Origin: Octopus sinensis | Taxonomy: Eukaryota | Assembly (NCBI RefSeq): GCF_006345805.1 | Contig: NC_043005.1 | Location: 75,082,001 to 75,146,000, forward strand | Length of the DNA: 64,000 bases | Direction: 5' to 3' | Shown: positions 39,344 to 54,200 of the stretch, piece after piece | Layout: each line of letters opens with the position of its first letter | Numbering within the stretch: the stretch's first letter is position 1 | The notes under the pieces: model-generated | The model's database searches: none | Told to the model about the DNA's origin: nothing | What the model saw: only the letters and a program-made list of their open reading frames with translations | Made by a program: the position numbers and the translations under genes

Positions 39344-41385
39344 TATATATGTATTAAAGTCAATAAAAATGCTTCAAGATATATTGCATTTGATGGTTTG
39401 TTAGCAAACCATATTTTATCAAACATTTGATGTAAATTTATATGCTACATTTCATGGGTTGTACATGACATTTTTTTTTCTTTCATTTCCATTTCAGCCA
39501 CAATTATTCCAACGACAACACTCCAACCCACAACACAAACAGGTAAACTATTTCTGATCCCATGATATCTAATTTTTGTTGAAATTTGAAATAATAATTA
39601 TGAAAAATAATGGTAATTTCTTGATTGCATTTTATTTATTGATATTGTTTTCTAGAATCCTGGTGTGTATTTAATGATGGTTTGGAAGATGCCTCATTGA
39701 TAAGGGCCTGGGACATTAAATTGTCAAGCAATGATGAAAATCCTGATGCTATTCGCCCTGGCAGAAAAGGTTGGAGACCAGATGAAGGTGATAATAAACG
39801 TACAGTAACAATGTTTGTTGGTGATGCTTTAAGATATGGTGCATCTATTCATTTATTACGAGCAGTAGGTGTTGCAAAGTTTGATATTATTCTCAGTGGA
39901 GGAGAGAATAATAGATTTAAGGTGAGTTTCAAAGAGTGAATACACACCTCATTAAAATTGTTTATAACATGAATTTTAGTAAAAATATGAGATATAAAGA
40001 ATACTTTATAAAATGTGTTCCAGTATATAGAAAGGTGATTTGTTATATTTTTTATCTGTGTCCTCAAATTACTTGTATTTTTGAGGGACATATTTATGGA
40101 GAGAAGTGACCAAAAACTAACTTCATATAATTTACATTGATGGCATTTTATACATGTGAGAGTCTTGGAAATATATAATGTGAAAGTATTTTGTGAAGCC
40201 AATTATATTCATTATTTTACTGCAATAATGTACATCTATCTATCCATTACCTATCAGTCCAGAATGATGAAAAGAACTCATAAAAATTTTACGTTTTATT
40301 ATGTTAAACACTGAAAATTCCACTAATTTTTCTTCCATCTAAAGCTGCCTTTTCTTGTATGTTCTTTTGTATCCAGAACAACGAAAAGAATGCTGTTGTT
40401 AAAATTCCATTTGGAACAACATCAGACACAGTGAAAATCCATTTTGTTTCTGATTCACCAAACTGCAAAATGATAGTTACAGTATCTTTCAAAGGTTGTT
40501 TTGAATCAAGGTGTAAGTATAATGCAAAACTATTGCAAAAAGTTCCTTACTATAAATCTCATAATACTTTACAATATTAACTCATTTGTGTGCTGATGTT
40601 ATTTGGTCTCTACACCTCATCTTATCTCATCTTGTTTTCCCATTTATTCTTGGGAGTGATGTGGAGCCAGATGCCTGAAGTACCTGTTTCATTTGGTCTT
40701 GTCAGAAACTTCTGACTCCAATTGATCCAGGTTGATCCACAAGTGAGATGAATCCAGCTGATGGAAGTTATACAACCATCTTGTATGTAATCTACTGTGG
40801 GGTTTCCTACCAGTTGGTTTTGCCTGTAAAACTTGTCCAGTGATTTTTCAGAAGACATTCTTATCCCACATCCATAGTATCAGAAGAGTGATCTCTTGAT
40901 TTGGAAAAGTAATGACACTACCTGACACTCCTCTCTGATGTCTGAGCTTTGCACTCGCTAGAGCTTGACTTGAAAATTTTTATACAGTTTATGAATATTC
41001 ATGTATTCCATTTAACATAACACTTGTTATCAAAATATGTTTTCTGTTCCCATAGCAACAACTCTACTACCAACAACAACAGTGCTTCCTACAACCACAC
41101 TGCTGCCAACAAGTACGTACAATGAAACTCACTATAAATATTTGTAAATATATTATATTTGATTCTTTTATTCTTTTACTTGTTTCAGTCATTTGACTGT
41201 GGCCATGCTGGAGCACCACCTTTAGTTGAGCAAATCAACCCCAGGACTTATTCTTTGTAAGCCTAGTACTTATTCTATCGGTCTCTCTTGCTGAACCGCT
41301 AAGTGACGGAAATGTAAACACACCAGCATCGGTTGTCAAGTGATGTTGGGGGGACAAACACAGACACACAAACATATACATACAT

Positions 41386-41416
<31 letters not shown>

Positions 41417-44400
41417 CGATGGGCTTCTTTCAGTTTCCATCTACCAAATCCACTCACAAGGCTTTGGTAGGCCCGGGGCTATAGTTGAAGACACTTGCCC
41501 AAGATGCCATGCAGTGGGACTGAACCCAGAACCACGTCATTCGTAAGCAATAATATCTCATAAATATTACAATTTATGAGATAGTCAATGTAATTTTATA
41601 AATTTTCTGTGCTAATTTCTTAAATTTTGTTGTCTTTCATTTCCATTTTAGCCACACTTATCCCAACGACAACTCTGCAACCCACAACACAAACAGGTAA
41701 AGTTTTTCTCTTTCATAGAAGTACTACCGTTGTTTGAAATTGTAACAATATTCATGTTAATAATGTTCAATATTTTGTTCAATATGTTTTTTTCTGAATT
41801 GACATTGTTTTCTAGAATCCTGGTGTGTATTCAGTGATGGTTTGGAAGATCCGTCATTAATCAGGGCCTGGGACATTAAATTATCAAGCAATGATGAAAA
41901 TCCAGATGTTATTCGCCCTGGTTTTAAAGGCTGGAGACCAGATAAAGGTGATAATAAACGTACAGTAACAATGTTTGTTGGTGATGCTTTAAGATATGGT
42001 GCATCTATTCATTTATTAAGAGCAGTTGGTGTTGCAAAGTTTGATGTTATTCTCAGTGGTGGAGAGAATAGGAGATTTAAGGTGAGTGTAAATTATTACA
42101 AAAGTATAATCACATTAAACTCTTATTAATGGAAGTAGATGTATTAAGTTATATTCTGTAAATTTAGATGACATTTTAAAATATTTCATGTGAATAATTG
42201 ATATGCAAACAGGGTGTGCATTAGTCACCAAAATTGTTAATATTTTCTTACACTATTTTTTCTTTTGATAGCTTTAAGTTGCTCTCCTTTAATGATATGT
42301 GATAGTTCTGTAGCATGCATTGCTCTAGAATAGATATTTTGTTTACACAGGAACTTGAGATTAAGAAATTAAGCTTAAATCTACCTTGTGAAATTAAGAA
42401 CATATTTCATTACCTCACATTGAGAACCTGGTTACAAGTGAGACAAAATCATGCCACTTATAACAGACTATCAGCAATGTGACATGGCCACCAATTTATA
42501 TCAAAACCAGATCAGGTTAATGTTTTGCAGACAAATAAATATTAATCATGATCACAGGCTTTCAATCCCGTAATTTTTTGTAAGTGATCAAAAAAAAATT
42601 AAAGATTATTGTATTTGAACTCATATTCTTTATTTGTCATTACACCCTCTCCGAAAGACTTGACACTTTCCACACAAAGTAAGTATAACCAGAATCCTAG
42701 TCCAGTACCGGATCGATCCCAAAATCTAATCAGTTTGTGACAATCATGAGGCCAAACATCCCGGAAAGTTTCATCCAAATCCATCCCACGGTTCTTGAGA
42801 TATCTTGTCCATGGACAAACAAACACGACTGAAAACAATACCTCTGCCTTCGCTAAGGTGGAGGTAATAAATGCTTTAAACAAGAGTAGCAGGAAATTCC
42901 ACAAAACCCTGCATGAAGGATATGATAACTAATAGTTGAGATAACCAGAAATTTGTTCTTTGATGAAATCAGATATAGTCTGATATATCATATCTTCACA
43001 TTTAATGAATTAATTCATTTTAGAAGCTTGACAATAAGTCATAGAACTAAATTTTTTCTATGCTAAAAACTTTACTTGGCTTTCATCATGTATTCATAAT
43101 CTAAAGGCATCCTCTCTCTAATTTTGTTGCATATCTAGAATAATGCAAAGGATGCTGTTGTTAAAATTCCATTTGGTACGACAGCAAATACAGTAAAAAT
43201 CGACTTTAAAGGTGTTTCACCAAACTGCAAAATGATAGTTACAGTATCTTTCAAAGGCTGTTTTGAATCAGCATGTAAGTATGAAGAGATTCAATCTCAA
43301 AGTACTTTGTTATAGAACTCATAAAGTTTTACAACCTTAACCCATCTGTAGACTCAATGGTGGAATTCTGCTTTAACCCCTCATAACCTTGCTATTTTTT
43401 TTTTTTGAAACCTTCAGAAAATTTTGGCAAATTTGTGTTCAACACATAGGAACTTATGATTATGCTAAAACAAATTGTATGTGATTTAAGGGCTGTCTAG
43501 CTGCTATCTTTAACACATCTCACAACCACCTGATACCCTCCTTATTTCTTTGTCACTCTGACATATTGATGTTTTTCTATATTTTTCTCCCCATAAACAC
43601 ATTTAATGGTATATTGCTAGGATTTGAGTCAAAGATTTGGACTGTCCATCTTTTATACTCTAATTTATAAATAAAAAATTCAAAAAAATTAAGAGAAAAA
43701 TATTTTTTCAAGATATTCAAAAGTTAGAAAAAATTCTATTTTCATAATTGTATGTATTCCCTTGTGTGGAAGACAAATACACAAAAATTTTCTGAAAATT
43801 CTAAAAAGTAGACAAGTTATCAGGGCTTATATGGGATGCTTAAACCAAAATTCCACTGACTCATTAATGCAAAACAACAGTGATTATGAAACAAATTATA
43901 GTTAATTTCATATATTATTTCTGATTGTAAATTAATATTATAGGAAGTAAGTAAAAATGATTTTGTCCATTATACAATTTACATTCATCTATTATCCAAT
44001 TTGCCATCATTGTAGAATCTATATACTTAAATGGTATATTCTTATAAATTACTGTCTTGTTTGTATTTCACACAATCAAAACATTTACTGATATGCAATT
44101 CCCATGTGTTCAGATAATATTCGATATCTAGAGCTCATCATATTTCATTTCTTTATTCACTTATTCCTGGGGGTGTCATAGTGTCAGAGATCTCAAGTAC
44201 TCCTTCCATTGGGTCCTGTCAGAAGCACCCATCTCCTATTAATCCAATTGGATCCCCGAGTGAGATGAACCATGTTCATGGATGTCATCCAATTATCTTA
44301 GTCATGGTCCACTGCTAGTGGGTTTTGTCTGTAGAACATGTCCAGCAATTCTTTCCTCAGACATTCTTACCACATGTTATTAATATCAAAATTGTGATCT

Positions 44401-45190
44401 CTCTATTTGGAGAAGTAACGACACTACCTGGAACACCTTGATGATCTCTGAACTATACACTCTCTAAAGCTAAGCTTGAAATTTTTTCTACTGTTTATGA
44501 ATATTCATGTATTCCCTGTGACATAACATTTGTTATCAAATTATATTTTCTGTTCTCATAGCAACAACACCACTACCAACAACAACAGTGCTTCCTACAA
44601 CCACACCACTGCTAACAAGTATGTATAAGCATTCATTTCTTATGATATATTAAACTCTCTATAAATACTTTGTTTTTGTATCTGGTTTACAAAATTCTTT
44701 ATGTCAATTCATGTGTTGAAGCAAATTTTCCTGTGTCTGAGGAGAGTCATACTGCCTTAACCCTTTCATTACGGTATTTATTTTGAGATGCTCTGTGTTT
44801 CTTTCAATTATTTTAAATATAACAAAAGAATTTAGTAAATTAACTTTGTTATCATTAAGCTAGTGTTAGGAATATAAATTTTAACTAAGATTTGGTGGAA
44901 GATTTGAATTCAAAACTTATGAAAACAAGACATTTATACTAAAGAGCCAGAAAGGGTTAATGTCTTAATATGTAACACACACTCACCAGTTCATTTTCCA
45001 CTTATTTATTATTCATAGGCGCAGGAGTGGCTGTGTGGTAAGTAGCTTGCTAACCAACCACATGGTTCCGGGTTCAGTCCCACTGCGTGGCATCTTGGGC
45101 AAGTGTCTTCTGCTATAGCCCCGGGCTGACCAATGCCTTGTGAGTGGATTTGGTAGACGGAAACTGAAAGAAGCCTGTCGTATATATGTG

Positions 45191-45229
<39 letters not shown>

Positions 45230-48200
45230 CTTTGTGTGTCTGTGTTTGTCCCCCTAGCATTGCTTGACAACCGATGCTGGTGTGTTTACGTCCCTGTCAC
45301 TTAGCGGTTCGGCAAAAGAGACCGATAGAATAAGTACTAGGCTTACAAAGAATAAGTCCTGGAGTCGATTTGCTCGACTAAAGGCGGTGCTCCAGCATGG
45401 CCGCAGTCAAATGACTGAAACAAGTAAAAGAGTAAAAGAGTAAAGAGTATATATATTCTTTCTTCCAAAATTTTCATTGCTTCTGCAGCCTTGTCAATGG
45501 CTGTTGACTCTGTCCATTATAGGAGCTGTAGATATTTGATTATTGATTTACAAATTATACTGTACGAAACAGTCAACGTAAATTTATAAACTTTCTGTGA
45601 TAATTTCTTAAATTTTTTTTTGTTTCCATTTCCATTTTAGCCACACCTATCCCAACAACAACACTACAACCCACAACACAAACAGGTAAAGTCTTTCTCT
45701 TTCATAGAAATATTACCGTTGTTTGAAATTGTAACAATATTCATGTTAGTAATGGTATTTTGTTCAATATGCTTTTCCCGAATTGACATTGTTTTCTAGA
45801 ATCCTGGTGTGTATTCAGTGATGGTTTGGAAGATCCATCATTAATAAGAGCCTGGGACATTAAATTATCAAGCAACGATGAAAATTCAGATGTTATTCGC
45901 CCTGGTTTTAAAGGCTGGAAACCAGCTGCAAGTGATACAAAGCGCACAGTAACTATGTTTGTTGGTGATGCTTTAAGATATGGTGCATCTATTCATTTAT
46001 TAAGAGCTGTAGGTGTTGCAAAGTTTGATGTTATTCTCAGTGGAGGAGAGAATAAGAGATTTAAGGTGAGATTTAATGAGTTTAAATTGTTACAAAAATA
46101 TTATGACAGTAAACTTTTAATTGAAATAGATCTTTTAACTAAGCTATTTTCTGAAAAATTAGATGACATTTTAAAATATTTCTTGCAATTGATATACAAT
46201 TATAGAGTGTGTATTAGTGGTCAAAATTGTTGATACACTCTTACACTGTTGTTTGGTGGCTTTAAACTGCTTTTCTTTTAGTCATTTTGAAATACAGCAG
46301 TCTTCAAATAATATTTCATTGTTCTTTTATATTTGTTACTCTAAAATTGATTTGTTGACACTAAAACAGGATATTACTTAACTGATATATTTATTCTCTT
46401 TTATGTGAAATTTAATTTTTTAATCAATTTGCAGTTATTAGTTAAGTAACTTTTAGAGAATATCATGGTACATTTGATAGCCAATCAGCAACCATATGCT
46501 GACCACTTCCTGCAGTCAATTAACATTAAGCTACCATTGCAACACTTGTGGTGGCCAATCAACCGTTGTATATAGTTTCACATTTCAGTAACCACTCATC
46601 ATTGAAACATGATCATATATTGTTTTTTAACTGGTCAAATACTTATTTCACATATTGGCACAAGGCCAGCAATTTTGGGGGCTTGGTAAGTCGATTACAT
46701 TGATCCTAGTGCTCAACTGGTACTTATTTTATCAACCAGGAAAGGATGGAAGGCAAAGTCAACCTCAGTGGAATTTGAATTCAGAATGTAAAGACAGATG
46801 AAATGCTACTAAGCAATTTTCCCAGCATACTAATGATTCTGCTAGCTCGCTACCTTAAACTAATCAAATATTGATCATACTTGTACTTTAACGAGTATTC
46901 ACAATTTTTTATGGCCCTCATTTTGTGATGAGTGGATACTATCAAAAGAAGCAGGAAACTTCTTGAAACAAATAACCAGAAAGCAAGAAGGTTATTAAAC
47001 AAATGAGTAGGATAAACAGTATATGATTAGATTAGCTCCAACTGATTGCCAGATTATGTGAAGTGAAATAAAATACAGCAAAAGTTAGCAGGCAGTGGTG
47101 TCAGTTTAAGTAATTGTGCAGTAATACACAGACTATTTGACAAAGGCCATAAAGCACAAATAACCACAAAATACAGAACATAGCCTTCATATGAGTCATA
47201 CAATGTATTATAGTGTAATGAGAAAAATATTCTTGTCTTCGATAGATTAAAATTTGTGAGGTTCAGGGTAAATGAATTTTGATTACCTCAGTGTATTACA
47301 GCAATAATGAAATATTCAGTCAGTATACTGTTGTTGGATTGCATGTCTCGTAGAAGTCTTAGTTATATTCATATTATAAATGGAGCTTTAAATGTTAAAA
47401 AAAGAAGCTATTTAGATACAAAATTACTTCTCTCAATTAATGGTATTTTTCCCACATCGTTTAGGTGAACCATTTTTTCAACAAGATTATGACACGTCAC
47501 ACAATGAAACCAATTTGAAATAGTTGAAGGACCATAATAAGATAGAGATTTACAACGGTCTTAAAACTGCCCTTAAATTAATGAAAAAGAAAATTTATAG
47601 TCAAAATCAAGTGACAATGCCAAACCTATCACTTCATTTAATTGAGGTGTTTAGCCAACTAATAGTTGTTCTCACAAATTTAAAGAAATTAAAGGCAGTG
47701 AGCAGGCACAATCATTAGAGTGATGGAAAAAACGCTTTGTGGTTTTTGTTCTAGTTCTTTACATTCTGAGTTCAAATCCCGCCAAAGTCAACTTTGCCTT
47801 CAATCCGTTTAGGGTCAGTTAAATTATGTACCAGTCGAATATTGGGGGACAATGGTATTGATTGAACCCTCTCAAACTTGTTGCTGTTCTGACTAAATCA
47901 GGAAAAATAGCATAAAGTGTGTTATCTTGATACTAACTGAATAAATATATATTCTTTACTACTCTAGGCACAAGGCCTGATATTTTGGGGGAGAGGATCA
48001 GTCGAGTAGATCGACCAGTTGTGTACTGGCACATAACTGGTACTTAATTTATTGACCCTTCAGTGGAATTTGAACTCAGAATGTAAAGACAGATGAAATA
48101 CTGCTAAGCATTTTGCCCGGCATGCTAACATTTCTGCCTGCTCACCACCTTTGAATAAACATGTATTAAAACTTTGACAGTATATTATGGTAAAACATTT

Positions 48201-51200
48201 CCTTATACTAATTACTCAGCATCTTCTGCTGTAATAAATTCTATAATTTAAAGCTACTTTATTTTTAATTTGGTTATGTATCTAGAATAATGCAAAGGAT
48301 GATATTGTTAAGATTCCATTTGGTACAACATCAAACACAGTGAAAATCCACTTTAAAGCTATTTCACCAAATAACAGAATGGTTGTTACAGTATCTTTCA
48401 AAAGCTGTTTTGAATCACAGTGTATGTATAAAATGATTTTTTTTTCCTTGAAATTTCTTGTCATAAATCTCATAATTCTTCACAAAATTCTCCCATCTCG
48501 AGACTGTTTGAGGCAAAACAATAACAATTATGAAATGAATTATTATCATTTTCATCATCATCATCATTTAATGTCCATTGCCCATGCTGACTTGGGTTGG
48601 ACAGTTTGACCATAGCTGGCAAACAGGAAGGTTGCACCAGGCTCCTTCTGATTTGTCATGGTTCCTACAGTTGGATGCCCTTCCTAACACTAACTGCTTT
48701 ACAGAGTGTGCTGGGTGCTTCTGCATGGTACCACATGAGTGCTTTTTACATGGCACCAGGCCAACCCTCTTCACCACAGGGGTGGTGGGGCTTAACACTT
48801 CTGCTGTGGAGTACAGGTCTTCTTGAATACAAGGTGCCCAGTATCTCAGTCCTTTCTCATCTTGTCTGAATGGTTCAGTGTCCTGTGGTCGCATTTCACT
48901 AATTTGTCCCATGTCTTCCTGGGTCTCCCTTTTCCATGAGTTCCGTCTACTTTGAGAAATTGACACTTCTTTATGGAGCTATTGGCATCCATCCACATAA
49001 CATGACTAAGCCAGCACAGTCCTCTTTCTTGCACATAGTATGTAATTATAGTGAATAATACAATCATTAAACACCATGATAAATATTTCCTTAATCATTA
49101 ATCATTTGCTAACTATAATATTGGTTAACATGATTTGAAATTAATTTTGTATTTATTAATAAAAAGAACTTTCAAGTAAATATACTATTACAATAATTTT
49201 GTATGAAAATATTTCTTTTGGCTCATCATCATCATTTAAGCATCCACTTTTCCATGCTTGCATGGGTCAGAAAGAATTTGTTGAGGCAGATTTTCTAAGG
49301 CTCTAAGCCCTTCCTGTTATCAATCCTAAGATATCTCCAGAGCTGAACATGTTTACATAGAATATTGAAAATAAAGGTCACTATTTGCATAATGAGGAGA
49401 CACTAAGTCACGCACACACACACACACGTATGCATATTTATATGATGGGCTTCTTTCAGTTTCCATCTCCCAAATCTGCTCACAAGATTTTGGTCAACTT
49501 CAGGCTATGGTAGAAGACACTTGCCCAAGCTGTCACACAGTGGGACTGAACTCAGAACCAAGTGGTTGGGAAGCTGGCTTCTCAACCACATAGCCATGTC
49601 TGCAGTTGTATACTATCGTTAATTAAAATTATAAGGGAATATGTAGAATCAATTTAATCCTGTTGCTTCCATCATACATCATTAAACAATATATCATATA
49701 TACTGGAGTACAGGTCAGAATTTGAACTTTAAAATATCACCCCAAAACTAGGGGACATCTTATGTACCCTGTATAAAATCTGAACCTTAACTTCTTGTGG
49801 TTTAGAGTAGCACCAATGTCAATAGAGCACAGTGTAAAGCACTCACATAGATCCTATGGGTCTGCAGAGCAGTATTTTCTACTGATACTTGCACATATCG
49901 ATGGAGAACACGATAAAACACTCACATAGATCTTATGGTTCTACAACTCAGAACTTTCTACTGATACTTACTCGTATGTTTGGGAAGCTGGATTAATAGT
50001 AAGATTATATTAAAATAACAGCACAGAAAACTTAGCGGAAAGACACCAGTCACCATTTGCAACAGAACAGAAAATGTAAAAAATCAGCCTGGGGGCTGCT
50101 GGGAGAAACTACGGTTCACCCCTTTAGCTATGACCTGCATGCCTTCAGTACTCAAGCTATTTTCCACAGAAACTTGGGGTGATCCTATACAGCAAGTATA
50201 GCTCAAAACCCACTTTTTAGATGGAAATCCTGGTGGGGGGGGGGTCATCTTGTACACCCATTCGTATTATACCCCAGCATATACAGTATTTTATTAAAGA
50301 GTTTTCAGTATGTATTGTAGAAAATGAAAATATTTACAGATATCCAAATTGTCCAACCCATGCTAGCATGGAAAGCAGATGTTAAACAATGATGATGATG
50401 ATGATTCACTTCTTATACCTATGTAATAGCAAATCTCCTGATGTATAGTTGCAATTATTTCTTCAACTGATATATTGCTTATGTATTTTTCTTAATTTAT
50501 TGTCTGTAACATTAGTCATCAGAATATGTTTTCTTTGTTCTCATAGCAACAACACCACTACCAACAACGACTATTCCTACAACTACACTTCTGCCAACAA
50601 GTATGTAAAAGAATTCATTAATAAAACTTTGTAATACTAAAATTCAAATTTTGTTTCTCTGTGACATGTTTTAATGAAAATAGTACACAGAAAAAAAATT
50701 GTTTGCACTAAATTGTGTTTCAAATATAAAATTTATATAAAATTACTGTGATTCAAATTCAACTAATTAGTAAACAAATAGTAGTATATACTTATAGTAT
50801 GTATTAAATACAATGGAAATAGCTGTTCATGTATTTTATTGGTTGTTAACATCTACAAACAATATTTTGTGGAATAATGAATGTAAATTTCTGAACTTTA
50901 TATGATGGTGAATGAAATCTTGTTTTGTTTTGTTTTTATTTTAGCCACACTTATTCCAACAACAACACAACAAATAACAACACAAACAGGTAAAGACTCA
51001 CTTTAATGAAAATATCACTGTTGTTGGAAATCATAATACTCATGTTTAATATTGACGTTCTGCTGATCGCATTTTACTTATATTGTTTTCTAGAGTCTTG
51101 GTGTGTATTCAACGATGGTTTGGAAGATCCCTCATTAATAAGGGCCTGGGACATTAAATTGTCAAGCAATGATGAAAATCCAGATGTTATTCGCCCTGGT

Positions 51201-54200
51201 TTCAAAGGCTGGAAACCTGATGCAAGTGATAAGAAGCTCACAGTAACAATGTTTGTTGGTGATGCTTTAAGATATGGTGCATCTATTCATCTCTTACAGT
51301 CTAAATGTGTTACAAAGTTTGATGTTATTCTCAGTGGTGGAGAGAACAAGAGGTTTAAGGTGAGTTTTAATGTGTTTAGTTTGATTCAAAGATATTGGCA
51401 ATGTAGGCTTGAGAACAGGTGATGCAGGTGCCACTCTACACACACGTGCACACCCAAATTCTCATGGTGGTGGTGGGGGGTACAATGAAAACGTTCTGAA
51501 CATCCTTGTGAAAAATTAGGTTTGCATCCCTCAAGCAAATTTCATTCCCACTCTTAGATTGACAAGTTAAACTTTCTTTAAAATAAGTGTCATTATTCTA
51601 TATTGATGTGAATTTCAATGACATTTTAAAATAAATATAAATAATTATTATACAGACTTCATATGCACTTGCAGCCAACATTTTGTACACTTACACAGCT
51701 GTTGTTTATTGGCTAAGCCACATTCCTTGTTATTTTGAAATATAATTGTCAAATAACGTTCTATAAGTCTCTACTCTCTAGCTCTCCCAAAATTCATATT
51801 TTGTTAACATTTAAACAGAAAATTAAAAGACTTGCAACATATATAGATCGTTATTTCACATTCAGTAACTGATCTGCTTTTAGATAAGATCATACCACTT
51901 TTGGCAGTCAAATAGCAATGAAACTAGATCACACTAGTTTTGAAGCAAAATTGGTTAGAATAAAATATTCTTTGAAATTGATCTGATAAAACAATCATGA
52001 ACATAAAGTAGCATAAAATCACCAAGCAACAAATATGTAACAGAATTCCCAGAATTTTCAATACCAGTGAAAAAGAAAGCATTTTAAATTGTTTCACTAA
52101 GGTCAATGTATTTGTATCTTTTTCTCAGTATTGTTAAGAGAAGTAATCAAAATCTGACGTACTTTTATTTTGATGTTATCTGAATAAATACGTATGGAAA
52201 ACTTGACAATATATCATTGTAGTAAAACATTTCATTATACAAATCTCTCTGCCTTTTTCACTGTAGTAATATTTCACCATCAAAACCTACTTATCTTTCA
52301 TTTTGTTCTGTGTCTAGAATAATGCAAAGGATGATATTGTCAAAATTCCATTTGGTACGACATCAAACACAGTGAAAATCCATTTTAGAGCTGTTTCACC
52401 CAAGTGCAGAATGTTAATCACAGTATCTTTTGAAGGTTGTTTTGAATCTGCATGTAAGTACTAATCAGTTCTAGACTAAAAAATTCAAGCTTTAAACCAT
52501 TCTTCACAGTAATTACCAATCTATACACTGTTTAATTCATAATACGATTGTGCAAGTAATTATATAGAATATTGTAGTTAATAATGAATAAAGTAATCAG
52601 AGTTAATCATCATGAATATTTATTTAATCATTGAGGATCTGATGATTGTAATTTTGGTTAGCATTATATTTGGAAATAACTATGTAAATACTAATTAACA
52701 ATTAGAACTTTTAATTGAATATGTTTTTACATATGTTATGTATGAAAGTCTAAATTGATATATTTCTCCTTCTTTTATTATACAAGTTTTACCTTAAATG
52801 GTATATAATACATTGTCCTGTTTGCATCTTACAAATTCCACTCACTGATCATTAAGCAACTTTCATAATTTTTGTTTAGTATAAAATAAAGAATTAATTT
52901 TGTTGTAATATGTATGGTGATGATAATGATGTAATAATACTGATGTAAAATATTATTAGTCATGGTTGTAACTAGATGTAAGAAGACCTTTCTACTGAGA
53001 TTTAAGACCAAAATTAAATGACGACTCATAGCTCAAATCTTACAATGTGGAAAGCATATTCATTTTTGTAACAACAGATAAATTATACCAAATGACACAA
53101 AGATTCAGAACAAAGAAGATTAATCTTTTCAATGAGGGAACAATTTAATCCAATAAATTAAATAGTTGATAAGAACTAAGTTTATACAGACTTCAGTCCA
53201 AAATTTGGGAGCAGAAATTCTGCACTCAGGATAGCAAGACCATGCATGACAGAATGAATAAAAAAAATTTCGTCTTTCTATGTGGAAGAGAAAATATGTT
53301 AAAAAGATGCCCTAGGTGAAATTCGATGCATATGTATCATGCAATATGGGTTTTATATTCATTATCATATTTTAAGTGAGTTTCTATGCATGGGTGTTAT
53401 ACAACACAGATACTGACAGATGTTTGTTATATTTCATAAATAGCCACTGTATGTAAAAATAAAGTTCTAAAGTTTAAAGTCATATTTTTCTTAGTTGCAA
53501 GATTATGTGGAAATAATATTGAAGTGTTCTGATACTGAAGCATTTAGTAATACACAAGCTTTTTGTCATTAGAAATGATCAGACTGATAGCCTTTGTGTA
53601 CATTTAATTGCAACTGCCGCATGTTGGTACAAAAGTTGTTTGCTGTAGTAAAACAGAGGGATCAAGCCATGTGCAAAGAGAATGTATGGGTGTACATGAT
53701 GTATGGGTGTCTGATGGTGTGTTTGCGGTTCCTTGTCTTGACATCATGTGATAGGTGTAAAATGAATGTCACCATCTTATAAGTTAGTCATTTGTTCTAA
53801 AACTTCCATAAAACATATCCAGTCATGTGGAAATATTACAATGCTTAGAAATATGTGGGAGTTGGTGATAGGAAGAGCATTCAGCTGTAGATAATTTGGC
53901 TCAACAAATTCATTGACTCATGCAAGCATGGAAAAGTAAACATTCAAACAGAAACGTTGCACGCAAACCTATCTACTTATTGAGACAGTTATGTCACATG
54001 AGAGGTGATACATGATTGAAGTAAAGTGTTTGTAGCGATTTGTAGTAGTTGCTACACATTTCTCTTAAATCTCCAGAAATAGTTTCAACTATTTCTATAA
54101 CTGATATGATATGCTGTTTATGTGTTTCCATTCATTCCATTTCACATAACACCCATCATAACATTTTTCTTTGTTTTCATAGCAACAACACCAATACCAA

